A stretch of DNA of 64,000 nt, from positions 21,204,001 to 21,268,000 of the forward strand of contig JBHGNT010000001.1 of assembly GCA_043228905.1 (NCBI GenBank). Reading direction: 5' to 3'. The stretch comes from Azolla caroliniana. Taxonomy: Eukaryota > Plantae > Polypodiophyta. A program made the position numbers and the translations under genes. Shown in pieces: positions 52,075 through 64,000 of the stretch (positions are counted from its first letter, which is position 1; each line of letters starts with the position of its first letter). Under the pieces are notes generated by a model. That model ran no database searches. It was not told the origin of the DNA and saw nothing but the letters and a program-made list of their open reading frames with translations.

Positions 52075-52605
52075 TAGCTAATTAGTGACTTCTCTTCTGT
52101 TTTTCTATGACCTTAGCTGAATACTAAACATGATAGCTAATTAGCTACATGGTAGATATTAGCAGCCACTCTTGATATTGCTCGATATTGCTACATCCTA
52201 GCTAATTAGCTACGAATTAACTAAGTAAGCTAATTAGCTATTCTTCCTAACTATGGTAGTAGTTAATTAGCTATCACTCTTGATACTGCTTAGCTAATTA
52301 GCTCCTAGACTATAGATTGGCAGTAGCCAATTAGCCACATCTTAGCTAATTAGCTCCTAGACTATAGATTGGCAGTAGCTAATTAGCTACATCGTAGCTA
52401 ATTAGCTATTCTACTTTAGTATGGTAGTAGCTAAATGTCTATTCTTCTTAACTATGGCAATAGCTAATTAGCTATCACTCTTGATACTACTTAACTAATT
52501 AACTACATCTTAGCTAATTAGGTGCTAGACTATAGGTTGGTAGTAGCTAATTAGTTACATCTTAGCTGATTAGTTCTTCTTTTTAGTATGGTAGTGGCTA
52601 ATTAT
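52075..52605. repeat. Second TAGCTAATTAGCTA palindrome array
   Basis: Same motif as 34390-35790. Confidence 0.9.
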
Positions 52606-52968
52606 GTTAGATATAATCAATGATCAACCCAAAGTTGTAAATCTATCCCCATATGTGCTCTTAGAGTGCACATTTTGTGATAGCGCCCCAAATGAGGAGC
52701 GGCTAGTGTGCAACTCGACCATATGGGTCGATAAGGTGTTAATCTAGGAAGTCGTAGATGCATAGGACACAATGGATTTAGGAAAGAGAGAAATAGGTAA
52801 TAGGATTGGCGAATCAAGTAAACTAGAATACTTTGTGGGAAAGTTACAATGTGCTTAGTCTTGAAGTATGTGCCATTGACTTCAAGATAAGTACTATCTA
52901 GCACTAGCCTATATCTAGGGAGTTGGGCTGGAAAATCTCCACTACTATCAACTGACATGCACATTTAA

Positions 52969-54756
52969 TGTTACACTCAGACCAAACAGAGAATATAATC
53001 CACTCTCTTACACTGTGGTGTATTGATCATCAGTCCCCACTACTTTTGTAGTGAGTTGGTCTAGATCCCATCTAGGCTCTAAGGTGTGAGCACATGGGTG
53101 AACTACCATTGTGAGCTACTCTCATATGTAATAGAATTTTTTTTTTCATATATCCATCTCTGTGGTTGTAACTCTATATACCTATCTAATGGATTCTCAA
53201 TATTTCTAACATGGTATCAGAGCTAAGAGGTTGATCTAGATTAGGTATATACGGGTAGTTGTTGTCTAGTAGCACAAAGAGAGAGAGAGAGAGAGAGAGA
53301 GTATAAATGGCCTTGTCCACGAATGTTGCAGTTGCTCCACTGCGCATTCGTCCACCTCCATTGTCTGATGGAACGAACTACACTCTATGGAAGTTCAAAA
53401 TGTCTGCCATTTTGGACTCCTACGAGTTGTTGGAGATAATCATGGGACCCACAGGAGGAGACCCTGAGCCCATGGTGACCTTTGACCCTGCACACCCTAC
53501 CACATCAATCCCTCCAAATGTTGATCTACTTCAAGCCTAGAAGAGAAGGAATATTGATGCGTTGTGTACCATAGTCACTAATGTATATGACTTTGTACTA
53601 ACATTAGTGCAACATACAACTAGGCACATGAAGCTTGGAGCATATTGGCTAGCTAGTATGAAACCAAAAACTATACAAGGATACAAAACCTCAAAAATCA
53701 GCTTGTTGCAGAGAAGCTCGCTGATGGAGAGAAAGTAGAATCCTTCGTAAAAAGGATTAAGGATCTTCAAGATCAGCTGACAACTGTTGGAGTAGTTGTC
53801 TCTCAATAGTGTATGGCTCGTCGGTGCATTCGAGTACTTCCTTCCAAGTATGATGGCATTGTGACAACATTGATCACTCAGGTTCGACCCACTCCTTTAA
53901 AATTTGATGAACTAAGTGCAATGCTGCTTGAAGAGGAGCTTCAGCTGAAGACAAGAGAAGGAAGGGAAGATTCGACATTTGTCTCTATGACTAAGGATAA
54001 AGGGGCATCCAATTCAAACAATGTGAATAGGATACCAAAGAAGAAGAAGTTCAATGGATCGTGTTTCTACTGTGAAAGGAAGGGTCACACAATCAAGGAT
54101 TGTTGGAAGAAGATGGTGGATGAGAAGAATGGTTCTAGTAAGACTTCTTGGAGAGAGCCCGAGTCCGATGAGAAGAATGGTTCTAGTAAGACTTCTTGGA
54201 GAGAGCCCGAGTCCGCCAACAATGTCATAGATGAGCTTGAGTTATAGGTCGCAACTGAAGAAGTGTGTTCTTCAGTTGACACTCAATTTGTCGACGACTC
54301 TTGGATTCTCGATAGTGGAGCATCCCGACATATGACCAGTAATCGTGACTGGTACAACTCTTGGCTACCTCTACAAGAGCCCATCAATGTTGTGGTCAGG
54401 AACAATGCTCGATGTCCAGCCAAAGGAACTAGAACCGTCTCCCTCAAAGCAACAACCAGTGGGACAAAGCATCTCTCTCAAGTGTTGTACGTGCCAGATC
54501 TCAAGAAGAATCTATTGTCCATTTCTGCACTGACTGACAAGGGTCTTGATGTTCGATTCAAGAGGTCGGGTGTAGAAATAACAAATTCTGTTGGCAAGGT
54601 TCTAGGAATAGGGGTAAGTCGCAACAATCTCTATGAGCTAAGCGCGTTTACAATTTCTACTCACCACAACACAAGTACTAACACAAAGCAATGACATGAG
54701 AGATTTGGGCATCTCAATGTTGTTGTGTTGAAGGAGATGAAGAAGTCGAATATGGT
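52969..54756 (+). mobile_element. Copia 5' part: LTR (about 52969-53211), PBS, degenerate gag-PR and start of INT
   Basis: TGTTA...TAACA; TGGTATCAGAGC 53212-53223; DGTNYTLW; CFYCERKGHTIKDC; WILDSGASRHM; 48-bp in-frame duplication 54119-54214. Confidence 0.88.
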
Positions 54757-56284
54757 TGTTGTCCAGCCGCTCCGGCTTCTATTTGACCACTCCGCCCGCT
54801 CTTCGGCCACTTCGGTCATTCTTCATTGTCCGATCTGGCTGTGTTCGTCTGATCTGGCCCGTCCACTGTTTGGGCGCATGTCCGGCCATCTTCGTCATTG
54901 TCATTGTCTCTATCGGCCCGTTTGGTCGTCGCCATCCGGTTGTCAGTGTCTGGCGTCGCCGCCATTTGGATGTCGTCGTTGTCATCCCATCTGCGCCTGC
55001 ATCTCTATCTCTATCTTCGGCTCCGTCTCCGACCGCCTATCCAGCCGTTGCACCAGTTACGCTTCCGTCGTTGTCTAGCCGTCGGTCCGGCTGCTATCTA
55101 GGCCTGTCTGGTTCGGATGTCGTTCGGTGTTTGTCTTTGGTTCCACCGTTTTGCATTGCCCATGGTCTTTGTGTGGCATCTCTATCGCAATTGTCATCCA
55201 TGTGTCTATTTGTTCGGTGGTCTTCTTCTTTGTTCGTTTCTATCTCCTCCCATTGCTATTATCCGTACATCACTCCGGTCATTTTTCCAACCCAACCATC
55301 ACGTCTTTCCGGCCTTCTTACCGTCGTTGCTTGTCCAATCAGGCCTTCGTTGTCCCTTTCTTTATTCGGCCCGTTCCATCTTTGTTCGGCCACTTTGGTC
55401 GTTCTGCGGCCAGTGCTTTTCCGCCTCTCGTCCTTCACTCGAGTTGTTCGGTCTTATCTGGCGCCTTTTCATCCAGCCCCGTTTCCGTTTCTATTGTCAT
55501 CTCTCCCGGTTCGTCGTAATCCAACCTCGTTCGTCGCTTGGCCGCTCTGCACACTCTTTGGCCGCTACTCTTCGGCCACTCTTTGACTGTTGTGTAGGGT
55601 TTCGGGTTGTCGTCTGCCGCCACTGTCCGGCCTCTACCGTATAGCGTCGTCGTCGTCCGGCCATTTGTCCAGCATTTTGGCTGCTCTCCAGTCGCTGTTT
55701 GGTCGCCATACCGGTCGCTGTTCAGCCAATACTTCATCCACCGTGCTTTAGCCGCTCTCCGTACAATGGCCATCTGTTGTGTCTTTCCGGCGTTGTTGGT
55801 TTCTTTGGTTGTCGATGTCTGGTCTACGTCTACATCTCCTTCTCCGTCTCCTTCGGCCCTTCAGTGTTAACTGACTCTAGTTCTAGTTCCGATTTCAGTT
55901 CCGACTCTCTCCTCGTTTCTTCTTCTGGAACCATATCTTGTGCATTCTCAGCACATCCTGCCGGCATCCACTCCACACACTGCTTCTTCCTCCGCAGTCT
56001 CCTGGTGGGCTTCTCTTTCTGGTCGTGCTGGCACCAATTCCCTCTGCGTCGCTATTTGTCCAATCGTGCATCTTGCACCATGCTTTTGAAAACATGCACA
56101 TTGTCGTTAACCGCATGCTTGCACATACGTCTGTTGTGTATCCTTTTGCGACGTCCTCTCGTATGGATGCGTAAATCGGTATGCACAACATGGCCAGATC
56201 GGCTGTGCAAGCCGAGAACCGGATCGGTTGGGACTGATCGGTTGGGCTGGACCGATGCGTAAACCGGTACGCAAACCAGTGCGT

Positions 56285-57331
56285 TGTCGTGAAGATTTTC
56301 GGCAATAGTGTGAAAATCCCATAAAACGTACGAAATCGAGTAAGAATCACATAATACAACAATTGTGAAGATAACATTTTTAATATCTAAGTACAAAATG
56401 ATGGAGGTTTCGAATGCACTTTATTACACGAGAAATGGACAACTAAATGTCAAGATATGAGGGTATAAAGTTTGTGAAAAGAAAAGAGAAAATTGTGAGA
56501 TATCCCACATAGGCACGACAAATACGGCTCTCATCATATATAAGGTGGAGCAAAAGATATTATCTTTGTGTCTATGTGTGGAGCATAGAGAGTTCAAGGT
56601 AACTTGAACTAAGAGTGGAGGTGGGCTACCTACTCGTAAAGGGTTTTGGCCAACCAAAACCGAACCGGCGATGGAGACGGTGAACTGACGGCATCCGGCA
56701 CCGGTATCCGACGACGGCATCCGGCGAGGCACCGGTAACGGCATCCGGCGACTATATAAATAAATATATAAATATATATACAAATATACATATACAAGGA
56801 GGGGAAGTAAGGATTCGAACCTTGCACCTCCGAGTTATGAGTCAATTGGCTTACCATTAAACCATGCTATTTAGTTGAAATTATATTTCTATCATTATAC
56901 TTTTACATGTAAATTCTCATACATGAGAGCTAAAATGAGTGACATGGTTATCATGCACCACATGTAATACATAAGCGCCAAATGGCAAACATGCAATTTA
57001 TGCATGTCTTGTACCCTCACATGCATCATATGCATGAGAGCATCTATACAAGAAGGAAGGGGGAGGAGAAAAAACACGGGTTTTTTTATGAAAATTAAGG
57101 GGAAGAAATTCGTTATCAAATTGATCGTGTAACTTGTTTCTTAAATCTAAAGTTAAAAGTTCAATCAATCTCTCTCAATCGTGTAATCTCAACTTCTCTC
57201 TTTCCCAATCTATCTTAAGTACTTTCTCGCTAAAGCTTGCGCCAAAGCTTGTACCAACTTTGAATCCTTCCGGTCCAAAACCCCGACGGTTCCGCCTCAC
57301 GATCCGCGCGTAGTGACGGATCTTCACGACA
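56285..57331 (+). mobile_element. Solo LTR, Trp-primed gypsy family
   Basis: 12-bp TIR TGTCGTGAAGAT/ATCTTCACGACA; 4-bp TSD GCGT; ATCCCACAT and TATATAAG blocks shared with 40108-40150 and the 12952-13510 LTR. Confidence 0.92.
56800..56872 (-). other. tRNA-like (CAU-loop) sequence with Pol III A and B boxes inside an LTR; not a functional tRNA
   Basis: A box TGGTTTAATGG, loop CTCATAA, perfect B box GGTTCGAATCC; acceptor and anticodon stems do not pair. Confidence 0.7.
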
Positions 57332-57370
57332 GCGTAATGAGAAGTTGTAGCCGTGCGTAAACCGCAAGGC

Positions 57371-58678
57371 TGTTGGGAAGATATTCCTCATAAGGAATAA
57401 TTTTGGGAGTTAGTGTAGTAGGCTCATTTATGAGTGGTCAAGTACTGTCAGTACTTGTGTCAGCCCTATTGTCAAGGCTTGTATAAAAGGTGCTCACTGA
57501 GCACGGTGTATGTACAGATTGAGTATTATTTTGAATTGAAATTCTGTGTGTCTTCTCTCTCTCTTTCTGTCTCTCCCACGTACTGCGTACATTCTAAGCT
57601 CTCCATTAAACCTGCGTTTCTGAGTTTGGTTATCTATTGCTTCCGCACGCTATTCTTTTACATGGTATCAGAGCGTGAGGGTTGAGAACCTCTGCAGCCG
57701 ACATAGCTTGAAGGGAAAACCAACCAAGAAGAATAGGTAAAACCGATCGATAGAGGCATGGCTAGCTTGCTTCCAATGGAGAAGCTCGACAGAAACAACT
57801 ACGCGTCTTGGTCCTACAAGATGCACCAGTACTTGCTCGGGCACGGTTATTGGAGTTATGTCGACGGAGCAAATGACATAGCACCCGAATCAACACACAG
57901 AGATTTGCCGGCGTGTGAATAGTCGGCGAGTAGAGTACTGTACTGCTTCGCGTCTTGTGTGGGCGAACAACTTCTGAGCTATATTTGGGATGCGAAAACG
58001 CCAAAGGATGCTTGGGGAAATCTGAAGAAGATTTTCGCCACAAGCACCACAACCAGGAAACTTCAACTCCGATAAGAGTTGAGCAACTTACGACAACGCG
58101 ACTTGTCGGTGGCTGATTACACCTCGAAGATCAAAGAGATATGCGACTCATTAGCCTCTATCGATGTGAACGTCGAGGAAGCCGAGATGGTGCAAATCTA
58201 TCTCGGGGGACTAGCGTCGAAGTTCGGAGCATTCCGAACTGTTGTGTGTACACGAGAGAATACGCCATCGTTTTTCGACTTGCAGTCGATGCTCCTTATA
58301 GAGGAGAACCACGCGGGTGCGTTGACAAGCACGCATGCTGACAGCAAGATGTTGTACATGGAGGGAGATAGGCCTTGTGGTCGTGGCGAACGAGGCGAGT
58401 TCGTGCGCAATGGAGGTGGTCGATGGGATCAAGGAAGAAGGCACCGAAGTGATGCCGACAACAATTCTGGACCCTCCGGAAACAGGGGGAGTCAAGGTAA
58501 CGAGAACTGGCAAGGGAAATCTGTCGCGGAATACTGGTACTATGGCAAAAAAGGCCACAAGGAGAGCGAGTGTTGGAAGAAGCGCGCCAATTTGGAGAGG
58601 ACCGGATCCGAATCAGGTTCCGGACAGACCGACAAAGGAAATCGGTAGCGATCACACTACGCCGAAGGATCCAGAAAA
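57371..58678 (+). mobile_element. Copia 5' part: LTR 57371-57662, PBS, degenerate gag
   Basis: TGTTG...TTACA; TGGTATCAGAGC; gag similar to 4200-5069 (EMVQIYLGGLA, PSFFDLQSMLLIEENH). Confidence 0.9.
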
Positions 58679-61600
58679 TGTTACCGGCCGGCAAAGGAGT
58701 CCAGAGTGGGAAACGGAGAGATAATTAAGTAGTAGGAATGTGGTTGTAATTAAGCTATGAGTGTGGACGGACGGACCGGAAACGGTATGCCGTTCCGGAT
58801 CCGAACCGATCCCGAACAGGTGCGGATGGCACCGTTTTGTAATACAGACCGGAAACCTATTTAAAGGCCCGGATACAATGTAATAGTTAGCGGTTAATTA
58901 ATGAAAGCTTAAGCGTTTGTATCTCTCTGTGTTAATTGCCGTTCTGTCTTAATTGTTATATCTTACGCGTGTTATGAAAGACAATCCTAATAAGTAACTT
59001 AATTAAGTCGGATTAAGCGTTGAAGTCTAATCCGGTTGCCGTAACACCCTTTGGTGAAGTGTCTCCCGTAGACACCCTGTGTTAGGCCATTGTCCGGCCC
59101 GAAGAGTTAACACAGTTTTTGGTGACCACGATTCCTGTTTTTGCAGCGAACGACGGCACGGATGAATGTCTAGATCAACGCACGACCTGGTTACAGATCG
59201 AACTCGACGCCTTGCCGAAAGGCAAAGGAGACGCGAGGCTTTCCAACAAGCGGCGCAGGAAATTAGAGCGGATCGCTCGTTTTCCAACGTAATCCGGAGA
59301 GTAGCGGAGGACTCCCTCTGGTTACAACAAACATCACACCCGGACGACGGCAGCAGCCTAAGCAGCCTCCGGGAAACCGAATCCCTTCTCCACGCGTTGG
59401 CAAACGAAGAAGGCGAAGCAGAGGCCTTTTCAGCATATGAATCAGACTCCGAAGGGGAATACAACGTGCACACGAACTATTGTAGCAGCAACGAAACCCC
59501 GGGCAGACCGGAGGACGAAGGATCGGATACCTTACCGACACCGGAACCGGAAGTGCTAACGCTGGAACCCCCGAAACCAGCAGAGGAAGAATGACCTCCG
59601 ACACCGGAAGTCGAAGAGGAGAGGCCTTCGTCACCAAAGGAAGAGGAAAAACAACCGACGCCGGAAACAAATCGGGAAAGACCACCGACACCGGAGAAAA
59701 TTCCGGAACAAGCACCAACACTACCAGCCCGCGCACCGATACCGGACGACGACATGCCGTTCCAGTACTCCAAGTATAGAGATGATCCGGACGCGGAAGC
59801 TCATGTGCACGCCTTTGAACAGACATGGGAAGCCAACCATGTGTCCCAACGATTGACCCCGGAGGAAGAAGAACGCTCTAAGATAGCGGAATTTGGCGTC
59901 ACATTGGAGGGACCGGCAGCAAGATGGCGCCGGACGCAGGACCCGTCTACCATCAACACCTTTGCAGACTTAAAAGCTAAATTCTTGCATTTTTTTCAAA
60001 AGGAGGTGGACCAGACCGTAATGGTAGGCTTATTTTATACCATCCGGCAAGAGGCAGGGGAGAGCATTCCCCAATTTGTCATCCGCTTTCAACGGATGCA
60101 TAGTCAGCTTGCCCGCGCACCCCAGGAAGAGGAATTACGGACTATATTCCTAAACGCGCTCCGGGAACCCCTACGCACGGTTTGCATGGTAATCGACTTC
60201 CACACAAGTACCATCGACTAGGTCATTGACCGGGTGAGAGAGATGGAAAAGACAAGCTCCTGGCTCACACTGGGAGCACTTCAACGGGCGTTACCGTCCG
60301 ATGAAGACCTCCGGTTTCGGCAAGCAATACAGTGCACAACCTGCTTGAATTCCGAACACTCGGCTCTAGAATGCACTATGAGGACGCAATGTGTAATCTG
60401 TCAATCCAAGAGCCATACGACGGATAGGTGCGAGTATAATCTGTTGAATCGGCAAGCACCGCCCGTCCGACAAATTGAGCCACGTAGCAGCCGGGATGAA
60501 GAAGACGAACGCTGGCGGCGAATGGACCGTGACCGACCGGCACAGGATGTCCGGTATGGCGAGCGATGGGAAAATGATGTCCGGTATGGCGATCGACGGG
60601 AAATTGATGTTCGGTACGGTGATCGGTGGGATAACTATGACCGGCATGATCGGTACCAGGATTACAATAGACGATACGAACATTACGACCGGGAGCACTC
60701 CCCCGAGTATCGTCAGCAACGGGAGGAATACGGCAGATATAACGGGCAACCCCGTCAAGAGTACCGTAATAAGAAGAGCTATAACAAAAAACGACATTTC
60801 AAAAAAGGCGACTACCCCCGGGATCCGGAACAAGGAGCTCCAAGCAACCAACCGGTACAAAACCCCGCGCGTACCGCAGGACCTGCCCCGGGTACAACAG
60901 ACAATGCCAAATCTAGCAATACCCGGAAGGCCTACTGCTACTACTGCCGACAGGAAGGCCATTATAGTAACCAATGCCCGGTGAAGAGCTATGAAAAACG
61001 ACCGGCGGTAAATATGGTAGTCCCTGAGGTGGCGGATCTGCAGCAGGTGACCACAAGGTCGAAGGGCATGGCCAAAGAATGGGAGACACAGGAGACCATC
61101 CGGAAACAAGCAACGGAATGGGTAAAGAAAGCAAACGAGCAGAATGTCACAGACTTACAGCAGCAAAAGGAGAACACTACAGGGCTTGCCGGCGGTAGTC
61201 ACTCCGAGAACGAGACATGGCAGGCGTTGCAAGAATGCCAGATTACGTTACCACTAGGAAGACTCCTACAACTCGTGCCAAGATTCACGGAAGGACTGAA
61301 GACGACCATGACGGCAGGAGAACCATCACCGACACCGGTACTCTTCTCGAATCCGGAGGAGGGACCAACGGTGGTGGACACCAGCAGTCCGGTAATCACT
61401 GCCATTGTGAAAGGGAAAGAACTCCCCGGCACAGTTATAGACAGAGGCTCTGGGGTGAATGTAATAAGCCTCCGAACGTGTGATGACCTAGGAATCCACG
61501 AGTGGGAGCCGTGTCCGTTCTGGTTGCGGATGGCCGATACAAGCTCAGTGCGGCCGACAGGATTAATACGGAAATTAGAAGTCACCGTCGGCGGTCATAC

Positions 61601-64000
61601 ATTTCAAATCTCGGCCGTAGTGCTACAATTACAGGCACAAGGCGCATACCCGCTATTGCTGGGGCGGCCATGGTTGAAAACGGCACATATCAAACAGAAT
61701 TGGCGAAAAAATATAATTACCTTCCGGCGAGGAAAAGCCAAGGTACAGGTATCAACACAGCCAAGGACGAGCACTGGCAAGGAATGTACACCGTTGTATG
61801 CGGAATGCGTCAACATGCTAGAAGGGTTAGCGGATGAAGAAGAAGCTCAATACCTGCAGGAAAACCCGAAGATCATACCCCTCTTCGAAATTGACATTGC
61901 CGAAGCAGTAGCACCATATTTACCGCAACCGGAGGAGGCTGAAGCAGAACCAGATAAAGACGCAATCCGGGAGTTAAGGCAAGCGCAGGAAGCGTTGGAA
62001 CGGGAAATGGCCGTTTCACAGGGCGTGAAAGCGTCGCAACTGGAAGAGGTGAACCTAGGCACCACGGACGAAGCAAAACCGGTGCACATCGCCAAGGAGA
62101 TGAAGTCCGAAGACAAAACGGCGATGATAACACTTCTCACGGAATTCGGCGATGTGTTCGCCTGGTCATACGAAGATATGCGAGGACTCGACCCTCAGTT
62201 ATACCAGCATCAAGTGCACTTGAGCAAGGACGCAAAACCAGTGGCACAAAGACGGTACCGGATGAATCCCAATTATGCCGCCAAGGTCAAGGAGGAAATC
62301 GACAAGCTACTAAGAGTTGGCTTTATCCGTCCGGTAAAGAAAGCGACATGGCTGAGCCCGATCATAGTCGTACCGAAGAAGAACGGAAAAATTCGAGTTT
62401 GCGTGGACTACCGGAAACTCAATGCGGCTACGGTAACGGATGTGTTTCCACTTCCGTTCACAGATGGAGTGTTGGATGCCGTCGCCGGCCATGAGGTCTA
62501 TAGCTTCCTAGACGGATTCAGCGGGTATAATCAGATTCGGATGCACCCCGACGACCAAGAGAAAACGGCATTCGTCACCGAATGGGGGGTCTTTGTGGCC
62601 GTGGTGATGATGTCCGGACTCAAAACGGCACTGGCAACATTTCAACGAATCATCATGGAAATCTTTGGTGAATATATACCGGCTTTTATGCAGGTTTTCC
62701 TTGACGATTTCGCAGTCTATAGCCGGGAGGAGGACCATTTTCAGCACCTCCGTCTTTGTCTAGGAAAGTGTAGAGCGTACCGGCTAAGCTTGAATCCAGC
62801 AAAGTGTGTATTTGGCGTGTCCAGTGGAACCTTATTAGGACATATTGTGAGCACGGAAGGTATTGCAGTCGACCCGGACAAAGTGAAAGCCATATTAGAA
62901 GCACCGGCGCCGATAACGGCAAAGGCATTAAGCCGGTTCTTAGGCCAGATCCGGTGGCACAACCGGATGCTCCGATACTTGGCCGACCTGGCTACACCGT
63001 TGCATGCCGCCGTACATCAGACACCATTCCAGTGGACCGACACGGAGGATAGGGCGTATAGGGCCCTCAAGGTACTATTGTCGCAGGCACCGGTAGTGCA
63101 GCCTCCGGATTGGAGTAAAGAATTTCATGTGTTCGTGGACGCCTCCGACATCGCAATCGGAAGCGTACTAATGCAGCTTACGGAACCAAAGTGGTACCGG
63201 CCAGTGTACTATGCCAGCCGGAAGCTATCCCAAGCAAAACAGAACTACTCTACTACGGAACGGGAAGCTCTAGGGATGATCTACAGTGTGACAAAGTTTC
63301 GGCATTATTTATTGGGAAGGAAGTTTTCCTTCCATGTAGATCATTCGGCACTCCTTTTCCTGGTGTCCAAAGCATCACTCACCGGCAAATTGGCCCGGTG
63401 GACCTTACTGTTATAGGAGTTCGAGTTTGAAATATTCCACCGACCCGGTATACAGCATGCCGTAGCGGATTACTTAAGCCGATTGGAGTCCGGAGAGATG
63501 GGTGACGAAGTACCGGATGAGTTTCCGGATGCGGAGCTGTTTCGAGTCACTACGGAGACGGCAGTAGATGAGACAGTGGCCCAGGAAGACAAGTGGCTCA
63601 CAAATATGCACTAGTTTCTGAGCACAGGACTGCCTCCAGAAGAGCTGAACCGGGACGAACGGAAACGCCTGGCGGTGCAAAGCCGGCATTTCTGCTTACT
63701 ACAAGACACACTGTACCACAAGGGCGCGGACGGCATATGGAGACGGGCGGTGCGCAGCGATGAAAAGGAACTGATATTGAGGAAAGCCCATTGCGGAGTG
63801 GCCGGAGGTCACTATGCCGGAGATGCGACGGCCAGAAAAATATGGCAAAGTGGCCTATGGTGGCCAACGACATTAAGAGATGCGGTACGGTACGCAAAAG
63901 AATGTGACCTATGCCAGAGAATGGGCCAGCCAACGGAGCAGGCTTGTATGCCACACCAGCCGGTACTACCACTCGAGCCATTCCAAAAGTGGGGGCTGGA
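58679..64000 (+). mobile_element. Non-chromovirus gypsy (Athila/Selgy-like): 5' LTR 58679-59112, then gag-pol running off the window
   Basis: TGTTA...TAACA, similar to the 39164 LTR; PBS TGGTGACCAC. Confidence 0.92.
59166..64000 (+). pseudogene. Gypsy gag-PR-RT-RNase H-INT with a few stops and a frameshift
   Basis: ORFs 59166-59594, 59754-60221 and 60234-63416: CYYCRQEGHYSNQC, VIDRGSGVN, FLDGFSGYNQI, FLDDF, FVDASD, NYSTTEREAL; INT zinc finger after 63780. Confidence 0.93.

Larger units (their letters stand above)
32434..52968 (+). mobile_element. Large DNA transposon (Sola2-like DDE transposase plus a convergent second gene), interrupted by nested LTR elements; ends uncertain
   Basis: Transposase motifs, shared TAGCTAATTAGCTA arrays at 32481, 34390-35790, 51480 and 52075-52600, and continuity across the CATTT TSD. 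Confidence 0.65.
54757..57370. mobile_element. Pyrimidine-rich insertion beginning TGTTG (probable LTR or UTR of another retroelement), interrupted by a solo LTR
   Basis: Abruptly truncates the copia INT; CpG-rich, strong C/T strand skew; no recognisable protein. Confidence 0.45.

Noticed and set aside
53044-53053. TTTTGTAGTG as the right CACTA end matching 32434
   Set aside because: It lies inside the copia LTR 52969-53211 and the 3-bp flanks differ (GCT vs AGT).
54725-56396. Many long overlapping ORFs on both strands
   Set aside because: Low-complexity C/T-skewed sequence lacking stop codons; no recognisable domains.
56800-56872. Functional tRNA-Met gene
   Set aside because: Acceptor and anticodon stems do not pair; kept only as a tRNA-like module.

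Overview
Eukaryotic, TE-dense land-plant DNA. A non-seed plant such as a fern is inferred from the TE lineages and the TE-filled intron. One intact host gene is present: a 9-exon membrane-anchored DnaJ/Jiv90 (DNAJC14-like) protein at 15317-29319 (+). The rest is nested, mostly decayed mobile elements: several Ty1/copia elements, three Ty3/gypsy groups (tRNA-Trp-primed with 4-bp TSD, Athila/Selgy-like with a 3' extra ORF, and a probably self-primed chromovirus), solo LTRs, LINE fragments, two hAT-type MITEs and a large Sola2-like DDE transposon. Most notable observations: (1) six tRNA-like A-box/B-box modules with canonical 43-44 nt spacing lie antisense inside LTRs of different families; (2) the Sola2-like transposon carries a convergent gene with an FCP1/SCP-like (NIF/HAD) domain with an altered catalytic motif, plus intronic arrays of the palindrome TAGCTAATTAGCTA; (3) the Trp-primed gypsy family inserts at CpG-centred 4-mers and shows a -1 frameshift signal; (4) a ~2.5-kb inversion splits a copia LTR. 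All alignments and translations beyond the ORF track were done by eye; no database searches were run.
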